From IMG/VR virus record IMGVR_UViG_3300011338_000526: 64,000 bases of DNA; one strand, 5' to 3'. The notes below the pieces were generated by a model, which did no database searches, was not told the origin of the DNA, and saw nothing but the letters and a program-made list of their open reading frames with translations. Each line of letters starts with the position of its first letter. The stretch's first letter is position 1. Below, piece by piece: positions 54,446-64,000 of this stretch. Made by a program: the position numbers and the translations under genes. This stretch comes from a virus (taxonomy: Duplodnaviria > Heunggongvirae > Uroviricota > Caudoviricetes).

Positions 54446-55681
54446 ATGGCAAATAATCTGTCTATCGGCGACGCGCTTGTATCAAATCTGATTTTGACTT
54501 CTCAGCGAGGCAGTCTTAATCTTACTCGATCGTTTGTGTCCGCGTCAATCTATGAGAGCATATTCACTCCAGGCATAGTGTGCGATATTACAGTGCTTGA
54601 TACACAGGATTTGATCGGCACTCTTCGTTTGCTTGGCGATGAGACAGTTCGTTTTGAATTCAAAAGCCCCAATATGAAAGCTGCCGAATTCACGTTCGCG
54701 TTATATGAGCTTGGCGATCAACAACAGCTACCAAGTCAAAGAGCCAAGACATACGTGTTGAAATGCGTTTCGGAAGAAGCCATGTACGCGCAAACCAACT
54801 ACGTGCAAAAGAGCTACACCGATCTTTGTTCGAATGTGGTAAAGGATATTTGCGATCGTTATCTGTTCACTAAAAAGAGACTTGAGATTGAAGAGACGCG
54901 AGGCGTACAAGACATTTTGATTCCTAACAAAAGCCCGTATGATGCTATCAAAATGGTGAGGTCGAGATCTGTATCGGCTGAGGACAACAAATCTTCATCT
55001 TACTTGTTTTTCGAAGCAAGAGAAAACGAGAGACAGATCCTCAGATTCTGCACGCTTGAGCATAGGTTTGCGACCGACCCAGTGAAACAGTTCAAACAGT
55101 CTGGCGCTATTAATATCAACTCGCTCAGTACTGAACAAGACAATAACATTCTGTCATTCTCTATTCCTCAGCAGTTCTCGTCAATTGATAAAATCTCTCC
55201 GGGAGGAACGACTAGAATCACGACGTTCAACTTCACTACATGGGAATTCGAATCAAGCGATGTAAAGACTTCGGATAGAGATTACAAGGATGGCGGTTCC
55301 GGGACAGCAACATCAACAGCATTCGCAAATCGATATTTGAATGCTAGAATTCCTCCGCAGTCATTCATTCCCGTTGATATCTCGCAAAGAGCGGCAACTT
55401 ACATCGCTGAGGCAACTTCTGATTTCCAATCCTACCTCGGTCAAATTATGCAGAACGCATTGAAGATAAGAGTTCCCGGCGACACTCAGCTGACTGCTGG
55501 TGTCACTATCAATTGTTCTCTACCAAACAGATCTGCAACGACCGGCAATATGAAACAAGACCCATTGATGTCGGGTAAGTTTTTGATCTCTAGAATACAT
55601 CATAAGATTGGAATGGCGCAGGAAAGACCAAGGTACACATGTATCGTTGAGGGTCTCAAGGGCAGATTTGAGGAGGCATAA
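54446..55681 (+). CDS. baseplate structural protein (hub-like?)
   Basis: 411-aa ORF. Confidence 0.45.
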   Translation: MANNLSIGDALVSNLILTSQRGSLNLTRSFVSASIYESIFTPGIVCDITVLDTQDLIGTLRLLGDETVRFEFKSPNMKAAEFTFALYELGDQQQLPSQRAKTYVLKCVSEEAMYAQTNYVQKSYTDLCSNVVKDICDRYLFTKKRLEIEETRGVQDILIPNKSPYDAIKMVRSRSVSAEDNKSSSYLFFEARENERQILRFCTLEHRFATDPVKQFKQSGAININSLSTEQDNNILSFSIPQQFSSIDKISPGGTTRITTFNFTTWEFESSDVKTSDRDYKDGGSGTATSTAFANRYLNARIPPQSFIPVDISQRAATYIAEATSDFQSYLGQIMQNALKIRVPGDTQLTAGVTINCSLPNRSATTGNMKQDPLMSGKFLISRIHHKIGMAQERPRYTCIVEGLKGRFEEA

Positions 55682-55684
55682 TCA

Positions 55685-57463
55685 ATGACAGAACGTAATT
55701 TTGGTCGCGCGACTAACTCGTTTATTGCCGAGGTCGCTGATGTAAACGATCCGCATCAGGCTGGACGAGTCCGTATTAGAATCTATGGTCGTCACGATGA
55801 CAGGACTAACATTCCTGATTCAGCGCTGCCTTTCGCGCAAGTAATTCAACCCGTAACATCCGCCGCTAACGGAAGAATGGGAACGGCTCCTGTTGGTTTG
55901 ACTGTCGGGTCGAAGGTCATCGGTGTATGGATTGATGCCGATCAACAGCTTCCGGTGATTCATGGGACTGTTGGAAGAGCGGGCGATCCTATACAAGGTC
56001 AGACGGTCAACGGCGCTCCTGCTGTTAATACAGCAACAGGTAGCGTTCCTAGTTCAAGCCAAGGTATTCCAAGTAATCCATACAGTGCGTTGAATACCAA
56101 TAGAGTTTCTATCTCCGATATTGACAGCGGTCAGACCGACGCGACATCAACGAACGTAACCGAAGGAACGGTCATAACCGTCGTAGTCGAAGCGCAGATG
56201 GCCAATGCCACTCTACCTACAACCGCGTCCGCAGATAAAGAGAACGACGACGATGTTTTAGATATAGTCAAGGCTGTAGATCCTCTCGGTAGAATGTCGT
56301 CCATTCCCTGTTTGAATTCGAGTCTTCTGTCGGTAAATTCAATCCTAGATTTCCTTGGCGGTCTTGTTGGCAACGTAATATCCGGAATTACCAATACAAT
56401 CGTTCAAGGAATTCGTAACGCGCTGCTCGGTTTAGCTCAGAAGATCGGTATCTTTAAGCTTCTAGGAATGTTGAATTCGGCAATATCCGGCGTTCGTTCA
56501 ATACAGAATCTAATCAATGCGTTGAACGTTCAGGTTTGCGGAGTCAACCTCATCAACCAAGGTTTGTTCGACACAGCTAATTACGTGATGGCTTCAGTTA
56601 TCGGCGGATTGAACGCGGCTGTGTCGGGAATTGTCGGCGGTATTAATACAGTATTGAATACAGCTACAGGCGCAGTGACTGCTGCAGCGGACGCAATCTC
56701 GGATACAGCTAACATAGCTTTGAACTCTCTAGTATCAAGTGTTGCTTCAATCCCGGCAGCTGCAGTCGCTACACTCACATCCTCGAAGCCGATGGACAAC
56801 TTTATCGCAAAAGAGCCCCCGGCAAGTTATATTCAACAGTATTACTCTATCGATGAAGATCCTTACCCAGGATATATAGAGTGGAAGGATCCGTCGTCCC
56901 CAGATCTCGCTCCTGTATACACGTCGCGCGACGGTCAGCCAAACTTCTTGAACGCCAAACAACACACGGAGTATGCAGCCTCTAATCACTTTACTTCTAC
57001 AATTGGAAACGCGCTCTTGAGCGGTCAGCCTTTAACATTTGATGTTCTAACCAAAGCAGTGTCTAGCAGTATAAACTTCACGCAAGGTTTTGCTCTCGCC
57101 AAGGTATTGGGCGCTGGATTTAGCGCGTCGTCGATTATTGGTTTAGCAGCCGCTTTGATTCCGACTATCGCATCGGGCGTTCAATCCGTCTTTCAACCTG
57201 CCCTCGCGCAATCATCATATACGGCTGACAGCTCATCAGAAGCTATGAGCGGATATCTTCGCACGCAGGCGATCTCTCAAAGACAAAGTACGCAGATGCG
57301 CGCCGGTCTTTTATCTAATTCGCCTCCTACTATTCCGCCCAGAAGCAGAGAGGAACTTGAAGAAGATGCGCGGGCAATATTAGAGTCGGCTAACTTCTGG
57401 CGCGAGCGCAACGCGCAACGCGCGGCAGCGGGTTTACCCCCATTTTCTTCTCGTTTTGAATAA
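55685..57463 (+). CDS. baseplate central spike protein (gp5/gpV-like OB-fold N-terminus)
   Basis: RVRIRIYGRHDD...PFAQVIQP...GSKVIGVWIDADQQLPVIHGTVGRAG resembles gpV/gp5 N-terminal OB domain. Confidence 0.55.
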   Translation: MTERNFGRATNSFIAEVADVNDPHQAGRVRIRIYGRHDDRTNIPDSALPFAQVIQPVTSAANGRMGTAPVGLTVGSKVIGVWIDADQQLPVIHGTVGRAGDPIQGQTVNGAPAVNTATGSVPSSSQGIPSNPYSALNTNRVSISDIDSGQTDATSTNVTEGTVITVVVEAQMANATLPTTASADKENDDDVLDIVKAVDPLGRMSSIPCLNSSLLSVNSILDFLGGLVGNVISGITNTIVQGIRNALLGLAQKIGIFKLLGMLNSAISGVRSIQNLINALNVQVCGVNLINQGLFDTANYVMASVIGGLNAAVSGIVGGINTVLNTATGAVTAAADAISDTANIALNSLVSSVASIPAAAVATLTSSKPMDNFIAKEPPASYIQQYYSIDEDPYPGYIEWKDPSSPDLAPVYTSRDGQPNFLNAKQHTEYAASNHFTSTIGNALLSGQPLTFDVLTKAVSSSINFTQGFALAKVLGAGFSASSIIGLAAALIPTIASGVQSVFQPALAQSSYTADSSSEAMSGYLRTQAISQRQSTQMRAGLLSNSPPTIPPRSREELEEDARAILESANFWRERNAQRAAAGLPPFSSRFE

Positions 57464-57483
57464 TTTAAATTAGGATTTAGAAT

Positions 57484-58269
57484 ATGTCGGGATCAAACGA
57501 GGATAACAGACGCCATCCGCAGTCTACATTCGAGGCTCAGTATCCATACAACCAATCGACGATCACTCGAGGCGGTCATGAGATTCATATCAATGACACT
57601 CCGGATAAGGAGAGTCTGCGAATTGCTCATACAAAAGGTTCGTATGTAGAGATTGACAAAAAAGGTAGGACAACGATCAACTCTGTCGGTAAAGCATACT
57701 ACTACTTTTGCGATGGCTTTACGACCACTGTTGATGGTAATTACGACCTCAAAGTGAAGGGCGTGATGAATCTCAACGTTGACGGTTCTATTAGCGACAC
57801 GACTGCGGGTAACAGATACATTAACTCTAAAGGCAATCTAGTCGTTGGAGTGGGTAAGTCTTTGAAAGAAGAGGTGGTCGGTGATAAATACGAAAATGTG
57901 GGCGGCGTGCATTCCGTTATAGTTGACGAATCTCAATACAACACTGTCAAAGGCAACTCCGTTACTCAGATCAAAGGCTCAAAGAACGACATTTTAGAAA
58001 AGAATTGGGCTGTAACTTCTGGCCAGAATATTGAAATTATTAGCGCGGGCGTAATACGGTTCAAGTGTAAGAACTTCATCATTGATGCCGAAACGATCAC
58101 TCTTAATTCCGCTAGCGGACCTCTGATTATAACAGCCGAATCGTTATCCGCGAGCATGTCTGGAGCGACCAGGATCACCAGCGGAAGCGATACAACTATC
58201 CAATCTTCCACTGTTGATATTAATGGAGCGCCAGTGAAAATCAACGGCGTAGCCCAAACAGGAGACTAA
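57484..58269 (+). CDS. beta-helical baseplate spike/needle-like protein
   Basis: Repetitive V/I-x-G-x-x-x-x strands. Confidence 0.4.
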   Translation: MSGSNEDNRRHPQSTFEAQYPYNQSTITRGGHEIHINDTPDKESLRIAHTKGSYVEIDKKGRTTINSVGKAYYYFCDGFTTTVDGNYDLKVKGVMNLNVDGSISDTTAGNRYINSKGNLVVGVGKSLKEEVVGDKYENVGGVHSVIVDESQYNTVKGNSVTQIKGSKNDILEKNWAVTSGQNIEIISAGVIRFKCKNFIIDAETITLNSASGPLIITAESLSASMSGATRITSGSDTTIQSSTVDINGAPVKINGVAQTGD

Positions 58270-58271
58270 AA

Positions 58272-58694
58272 ATGTCGACTCGCGCAGACAACTTCACACA
58301 GACCAAGAAGATACCGGATCTGTTCTCTGACTTCCTCAACGACCTCACGCCACACCCTTTCACAAAGGATGTCGGTAGAGTCAAGAACGATCAGTCAATC
58401 AAGCAAGCCTTGAAGAACATCGTCCTGACTAATCTCGGAGAAAGATTCTATCAACCCAATATTGGATCAGACGTGTATCGCTCGTTGTTCGAGCCGAATG
58501 ATTCAATCATGGAAGAAAACTTGAAGTTCGACATTGAGAACGCTATTAGGTTCCATGAGCCCAGAGTCAGCATACTAAACGTCGAGGTCAACTCGTTCTC
58601 AGAAGAAGATCGCGTTGCCATCAATATTGTTTTTTCAATTATAAATAGTGTTCAAGTACAAAGCGTAAACCTGATTCTTAGAAGAGTTCGTTAA
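58272..58694 (+). CDS. baseplate wedge protein gp25/gpW-like
   Basis: IKQALKNIVLTNLGERFYQPNIGSDVYRSLFEPN matches gp25 lysozyme-like family signature. Confidence 0.7.
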   Translation: MSTRADNFTQTKKIPDLFSDFLNDLTPHPFTKDVGRVKNDQSIKQALKNIVLTNLGERFYQPNIGSDVYRSLFEPNDSIMEENLKFDIENAIRFHEPRVSILNVEVNSFSEEDRVAINIVFSIINSVQVQSVNLILRRVR

Positions 58695-60512
58695 ATGGCA
58701 AATAATTCAATCAGTCTGGTTGATCTTGATTTCGACACGCTAAAGCAAAATCTCAAGACATACCTCAAAGCGCAGCCACAGTTTACCGATTATGACTTCG
58801 ACGGTTCAAACATGTCTGTGCTGCTCGATGTATTGACGTACAACACTCATTTGAATGCGTTCTATATGAACATGGTTGCATCTGAGATGTTCCTCGACTC
58901 TGCTCAGCTACGTAACAGCGTCATCTCGAAATCAAAAGAACTCAACTACATACCGAGATCAGCTAAGTCCTCGGAGGCTGAGATTACAGTAAGTTTCCCT
59001 CAGTCTGGGCTGTCGGTTTTCGCAATTCCGTTCGGTACAAAGTTTACCGGCAGAGCAAGCAACGGAACGTTCACCTTCGCTACAGATCGTTCTTACGTAT
59101 TGTATCCGTCAGGTAATCGTTTCACAGGAAATGTTACCATTTACGAGGGCGGTTACTTCTCAGATGCGTTTGTGTATGACAGTTCAATTGAAGCGCAACG
59201 CTTCATTATGTCAAACGATAACATTGACACAGATTCCCTAACCATCCTAGTTTCCGAGAACGACGGACAAACGAATACATACTTCACAAGAGCTGAGAAT
59301 CTCTACGGACTGAATTCTAGTTCGACCGCGTATTTTCTACAAGCGACAGAAGACACTCGTTATGAGGTTGTATTTGGCGACGGCGTGTTAGGTCGCAAGC
59401 CAAATAACAGCGCACTCGTATACGCGACTTATAGAGTTTGCTCGGGATCAGATGCCGACGGTTCAACTAACTTCACGCTTGACGACAACCTGGGTCCAGT
59501 CAACGGCATTGGCGCAATCAATGCAAACATCACCGTCGTAAATCCTGGGTCGGGCGGAGCAGCTGCAGAGAGCATCGAGTCAATCAGATTCAATGCGCCA
59601 AGACATTACCAGACGCTCGGCAGAGCCGTGACTATGGACGATTACAAAACTCTAGTATTGAACAACTTCACCGAAGTTAAGGCTGTTAACGTATATGGCG
59701 GCGAGTCTGTGCAGGGTTCCGTTCAGTTCGGTAGAGTCTTTGTCGTGCCAGTCACTTTCTCGGGAGCGCCTCTTTCCGTGATCGAAAAGGACAATATCGA
59801 AGCGTTCCTAAGAGATAAGTGCACTATGGGTATCACACCAGTTGTTACGGATCCGGACTACCTGTATCTGATCGTTACAACGAAGGTCAAATACAACAGT
59901 GCATTGACTATCAACACACCATCTGACATCGCCGGTCTGGTGAGCGCAGCAATCAATACATATGATACGGATTCGCTAACTAACTTTGATATCGAATTCC
60001 AAACGTCTAGATTGGATGCCGCGATCAATGGAGCTGATACTAGTATCAGCAGCAACGAAACTACCGTCGTAATGAGAAAGAGCGTCGAAGTAGAACTGAA
60101 CGCTGAATCGTACATCGATGTAAACTACCGCAATCCTATTGTTCCTGGTTCATTCTCTTCGACGAAATTTATCTCGGGCAATAGGACTTTTCAGTATACG
60201 GATTACAACCATTTGAACAACACATTGTCTGTCAAGCAGATCTCGAATGGTAAAGTGGAGATAACGAATTCCTCGACAGCCGTTTACCTGAAGGATGTCA
60301 CTTCGCCGGGATACGAAACGTATTCAGTCGCGGGAACAATCAACTACGATACAGGCGTAATATCATTGAACAAAATTTCGATCGTAGGGTTTGTCGAATC
60401 AAGCTCGGTTGAGTTCTATGCTGCTCCATTGAATCTTGACATCAAGGCAGTCGATAACGACTTGATTCAGATTGATATTGAAAATCTAAACATTGATGTG
60501 GTGGCTATCTGA
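58695..60512 (+). CDS. baseplate wedge protein gp6/gpJ-like (Baseplate_J)
   Basis: N-terminal DYDFDGSNMSVLLDVLTYNTHLNAFYMNM typical of Baseplate_J. Confidence 0.7.
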   Translation: MANNSISLVDLDFDTLKQNLKTYLKAQPQFTDYDFDGSNMSVLLDVLTYNTHLNAFYMNMVASEMFLDSAQLRNSVISKSKELNYIPRSAKSSEAEITVSFPQSGLSVFAIPFGTKFTGRASNGTFTFATDRSYVLYPSGNRFTGNVTIYEGGYFSDAFVYDSSIEAQRFIMSNDNIDTDSLTILVSENDGQTNTYFTRAENLYGLNSSSTAYFLQATEDTRYEVVFGDGVLGRKPNNSALVYATYRVCSGSDADGSTNFTLDDNLGPVNGIGAINANITVVNPGSGGAAAESIESIRFNAPRHYQTLGRAVTMDDYKTLVLNNFTEVKAVNVYGGESVQGSVQFGRVFVVPVTFSGAPLSVIEKDNIEAFLRDKCTMGITPVVTDPDYLYLIVTTKVKYNSALTINTPSDIAGLVSAAINTYDTDSLTNFDIEFQTSRLDAAINGADTSISSNETTVVMRKSVEVELNAESYIDVNYRNPIVPGSFSSTKFISGNRTFQYTDYNHLNNTLSVKQISNGKVEITNSSTAVYLKDVTSPGYETYSVAGTINYDTGVISLNKISIVGFVESSSVEFYAAPLNLDIKAVDNDLIQIDIENLNIDVVAI

Positions 60513-63500
60513 TGTCGGATATCGAGAAGTTCGTATCGCCTTTCATTCCGCAGCAGTTCCCTGCTTTCTATAAAGAAGAGGGTCCAAACTTCATTGCGTT
60601 TGTCAAGGCTTACTATGAGTGGATGGAGTCAACGAATCAGGCTCTACAGCGTTCCAGATCACTGCTTGAGTATGCGGATATCGATACAACCGAGCAGGAG
60701 TTTCTTAAGTACTTTAGGAACACTTATCTTCATTCACTTCCAGAATCTATTATAGCGGACAAACGACTACTCGTCAAGCATATTCTTGACCTGTATCGTG
60801 CAAAGGGCACTCCTCGCGCGTATGAGTTGCTGTTCAGACTTATTTTCAACGAGGATATCGAGCTATACGTTCCCTCTAATTTTCTTTTCAAACCATCTGA
60901 CGGTGAGTGGACCGTTCCTAGATACATTGAGGTAACCGACAGCGATTATCTCGAGAAGCTAATTGGCAAACAGATTTACAACAGTAGCCGTAACGCAACA
61001 GCTGTTGTTGAATCTGTCAATCAGAAAGTCGTCAACAAAAGACTGTTCCACGTGCTGACTCTATCTTCAATAAAGGGTAGATTTAAATTCGGCGAGAAGA
61101 TTCTCTGCGCTTCTGTTCCTGAAATTACATTAGATAACGCGCCAAACGTGCTCGGTTCATTGACCGCGATTGCTATTGAAAATGGCGGTCTTGGCTTCGC
61201 TGCAGGCGATATCGTTGATGTAACCGGAGATGGAGTTGACGGCAAGGCTAGAATTGCAGCCGTAAGAGACGAGAACGGTAAAGTTAGTTTCCAATTAGAA
61301 AACGGCGGTAGCGGATACAGTTTAGATGGAACTGTCATCACTGTAGCCACTGCCTTGAATCTAATCATCGAAAATCCTGTCGGAACGTTTTCTAATGGTA
61401 ACGTTATCACGAGCTCGAACACTGCAGCCAACGGAACTCTCGTTTCCTCTAATTCGTCCCTTCTTAAGCTTATCGACTTCAGTCCAAGTCTGTCTTTCTA
61501 TCCTGGCGATACTGTCACAAATGGTTCTGGCGCGAGCGCGACCGTATCTAGAGTAACTGGCGGCGGTGGAACGGGCGCGTCGTTCGCTGTCGGAGGATTG
61601 GTTAACAAAGAAGTTATGTTAATCAATACAGACCTTATATCGGCTCAATTAGCTACAGTTCTAAACAATCCTTGGAATTTCGAAAAGTATGCGGCAGCTA
61701 ACCTAACTTCGACTATCGTCGAAACGTTGAACATCATCGAGAGAGAAGTCGGGACGATATCGTTCTTGTCGAGAATCAATCCGGGAACGGGTTATTCAGC
61801 TTCGCCATTCGTTAGCGTAGTTGAACCAATCGTTTCATCGCAAGCAATCGATGACGGTTTCGGCGGATTGAAAGGTCTAAACGCTGACGTGTCTACGAGC
61901 GTTGCCAACTCGAGCGGTATTGCGATGGCTGTAGAAGTTATCAATTCGGGGTTCGGTTTCCTGCCCGGCGAGAAAGTGTTTCTGTCTAGCCCAAATAATG
62001 CCGGTGTAGTGGTGACTGGCATTTCCGTAATTGATACGGATGGCGTCGGCGATGGTTATTGGAAGAATAACAAAGGCTTCGTCAGCGACATTATGAACAT
62101 ACAAGACAGCTACTACTACCAAGACTTCTCATATGAGATTTTGGTTGATAGAATGCTCTCTGTATACGAGAAGATTGTAAAGGATCTGATCCACCCATCT
62201 GGTATTGCACTGTTCGGTCGTTTCAGATTGAAGAACCAGGATCTCGGGGTTCCTTCTGAGCCGAAGTATTTTGATCTCGAAACTGCCGCTAGCGTTCCTG
62301 TGCCGCCGACCGACCTCATCACTTTGACTGATTACAATACGCTTACGCTGGCTAGAAATTCGGCAGCGACATACGTGAGAAGTTCAGACAATAATCTAAT
62401 TGAAGTGGGCGCTAACATAGCGCGCTTTGAGTCTCAAGGGTTGCTACTTGAAGGGCAACGGACAAATCGAGCCTTCAATCCGCGAGCCGAATATGCTACT
62501 ACTCCTACTTTCCCCACTATAACACCGCCAGTTAACTGGGGTTCGCTTCCAGGCGCTGTTCCTGGCCAATATATTGGGTACGCTACTATTGATGGTGTAA
62601 CTTGTATCTTGGCTCGTTGGACCGGTACACCATCAAGTCTTGGCGTTCAAACTTATACACCTGGCGGCTCTACTACCGGCATTAATGAGACTGGCGTGCC
62701 AGTCGGCACCAATGTAACAAATCAAGTTTACGTTTCGTTATACGCGGGATCGCTTACAAACTTATCAACTTTCACACTTAGATGCGACGTGGAAGGAGGG
62801 GGAACAATCTTCACCCCGAATTCTACTCTAACCAAAATTGTAAACACAAGGGTGTTGACGGGTACTACGTCCTCCACAGTGCTTCGTTGGAATTATCTTA
62901 ATACGACGGATCCCGTCGATTTTACGCTAGCAATCGGACTCCCGCAACGAGAGCATGCGAGCTTCGCCTCATCCACGATTCTTCCGCCTATAGGTACTAG
63001 AGCTCTTTCCACGCGTCTAACAGATGAATTATCAACGCCAATATCCGCTCTCGGAATACAGTCTAGCGGGCTTTGTACTATGGCTGGAACGTTCACTCTA
63101 CCTCAGCTTGGACTCGCTAGTTATTTTAATTTAATGGAAATCAATAACGGGAGCTTGAATGCTAGAGTGTGGGCGTATATAACAGGGCGTAGAAACCTTC
63201 TAGAATACACAGAACAATTTGACAATGCGGCGTGGACAAAGACTAATTATACCGTTGCTTCTGTAGGAAGCGGTAGATGGAAAATCATACCTGCTGTCGG
63301 TTCAGGATTAACGGGAAGTGTTAATCAGATACAGGCAGCGCGCCCCGATCAAATGCAAACACTATCTTTTCAGGCGCAATCAGATGGCGCTAATTTTATC
63401 TGCGTCAATGCAGGCGTTCAACCTAACCGTTTTGTATCAGTCTCGATTAATCTTACTAACGGGACAGCACAGCAAGCTTCTACAGGCGGAACAATCAGTT

Positions 63501-64000
63501 CAGTAACAATCACTCCTGCAGGATCCAGCTGGAATATTGTGATCGTATTCAATTTAAGTTCTGGGACCATTGGATCCACTATACATATAAGATCTTCTAC
63601 GACTGCTGTGACAGCGGGATCAGATCCCACATTTTCTGGAGACGGAACATCGGGGGTTATCGTTGGATATCCGCAGCTTGAATACGGCTCTACAGCCACA
63701 GCCTATCAGCGCGTCGGCAATGCCCTCGATGTGACCGAAACGGGTGTTGCGCCCGGTGCTGCTAGTGGGACGCTTGTGTTAGCGCGGACCACTGCCGGAG
63801 TAACATCGATAGTGCCTATTGGTAGCAACATAGCCGTAAATACAGAATTCCGTGTAGCAATCAGTCATGCCGGAAACGGGCGAGTTTCGGGAAGCTTCAA
63901 TGGCGGAGTTGTACAGACTCTAACAGGAGCTCCTACGTCGTATACAACAATGCGAGTGGGCTCTGGTTTCGGCGGCGATCAAGCCATGTTTGGGTATCAG
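60512..64000 (+). CDS. large baseplate/tail-fiber protein, 3'-partial
   Basis: Frame open from ATG 60512 (TGATG overlap) to the window end, over 1160 codons. Not in supplied ORF track because it lacks a stop. Confidence 0.6.
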   Translation, partial: MSDIEKFVSPFIPQQFPAFYKEEGPNFIAFVKAYYEWMESTNQALQRSRSLLEYADIDTTEQEFLKYFRNTYLHSLPESIIADKRLLVKHILDLYRAKGTPRAYELLFRLIFNEDIELYVPSNFLFKPSDGEWTVPRYIEVTDSDYLEKLIGKQIYNSSRNATAVVESVNQKVVNKRLFHVLTLSSIKGRFKFGEKILCASVPEITLDNAPNVLGSLTAIAIENGGLGFAAGDIVDVTGDGVDGKARIAAVRDENGKVSFQLENGGSGYSLDGTVITVATALNLIIENPVGTFSNGNVITSSNTAANGTLVSSNSSLLKLIDFSPSLSFYPGDTVTNGSGASATVSRVTGGGGTGASFAVGGLVNKEVMLINTDLISAQLATVLNNPWNFEKYAAANLTSTIVETLNIIEREVGTISFLSRINPGTGYSASPFVSVVEPIVSSQAIDDGFGGLKGLNADVSTSVANSSGIAMAVEVINSGFGFLPGEKVFLSSPNNAGVVVTGISVIDTDGVGDGYWKNNKGFVSDIMNIQDSYYYQDFSYEILVDRMLSVYEKIVKDLIHPSGIALFGRFRLKNQDLGVPSEPKYFDLETAASVPVPPTDLITLTDYNTLTLARNSAATYVRSSDNNLIEVGANIARFESQGLLLEGQRTNRAFNPRAEYATTPTFPTITPPVNWGSLPGAVPGQYIGYATIDGVTCILARWTGTPSSLGVQTYTPGGSTTGINETGVPVGTNVTNQVYVSLYAGSLTNLSTFTLRCDVEGGGTIFTPNSTLTKIVNTRVLTGTTSSTVLRWNYLNTTDPVDFTLAIGLPQREHASFASSTILPPIGTRALSTRLTDELSTPISALGIQSSGLCTMAGTFTLPQLGLASYFNLMEINNGSLNARVWAYITGRRNLLEYTEQFDNAAWTKTNYTVASVGSGRWKIIPAVGSGLTGSVNQIQAARPDQMQTLSFQAQSDGANFICVNAGVQPNRFVSVSINLTNGTAQQASTGGTISSVTITPAGSSWNIVIVFNLSSGTIGSTIHIRSSTTAVTAGSDPTFSGDGTSGVIVGYPQLEYGSTATAYQRVGNALDVTETGVAPGAASGTLVLARTTAGVTSIVPIGSNIAVNTEFRVAISHAGNGRVSGSFNGGVVQTLTGAPTSYTTMRVGSGFGGDQAMFGYQ

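Noticed and set aside
60730-63699. Several 60-136-aa reverse-strand ORFs inside 60.7-63.7 kb
   Set aside because: The forward frame from ATG 60512 is continuously open to the window end (giant fiber/baseplate gene). These are antisense artefacts.

Overview
This 64-kb window reads as a T4-superfamily myovirus genome segment, not a bacterial chromosome.

Recognisable modules:
- A virion/fiber block at 2-9.9 kb, with T4-type late promoters (TATAAATA) and a Dps-like ferritin.
- A nucleotide-metabolism and replication block at 10-27 kb: gp61-type primase, ThyX, class Ia RNR NrdA/NrdB, glutaredoxin, pyruvoyl SAM decarboxylase, RNase H/FEN, PhoH, dCMP deaminase, a PD-(D/E)XK nuclease and a gp32 SSB (at 43.3 kb).
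- A baseplate and virion block at 44-64 kb: gp5-like spike, gp25, gp6/J, M15-peptidase virion protein, tail-tube-like protein and a giant fiber-like partial ORF.
- Two tRNAs (Arg-UCU, Met-CAU).
- Four freestanding homing endonucleases (3 HNH, 1 GIY-YIG).
- About 15 copies of a highly conserved early-type promoter module, CTTGACTT-N16/17-TATAAT, which drives a cassette array of very small genes at 34-39 kb.

Most unusual content:
- A scattered set of translation-apparatus genes: a mini GGQ-domain release-factor/ArfB-like protein, an RMF-like 49-aa protein, a PTH2-like protein, a short CCA-adding/poly(A)-polymerase-family nucleotidyltransferase, and phage tRNAs.
- A 6-kb reverse-strand accessory island (28.5-34.7 kb). 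It carries the nucleotidyltransferase, the PTH2-like gene, an SPFH/band-7 lipoprotein with a 2-TM partner, and a GC-rich sub-island.
- A 360-bp palindrome/iteron element (34.75-35.12 kb) flanking that island.

All functional calls are from motif-level reading of the translations. None is database-verified.
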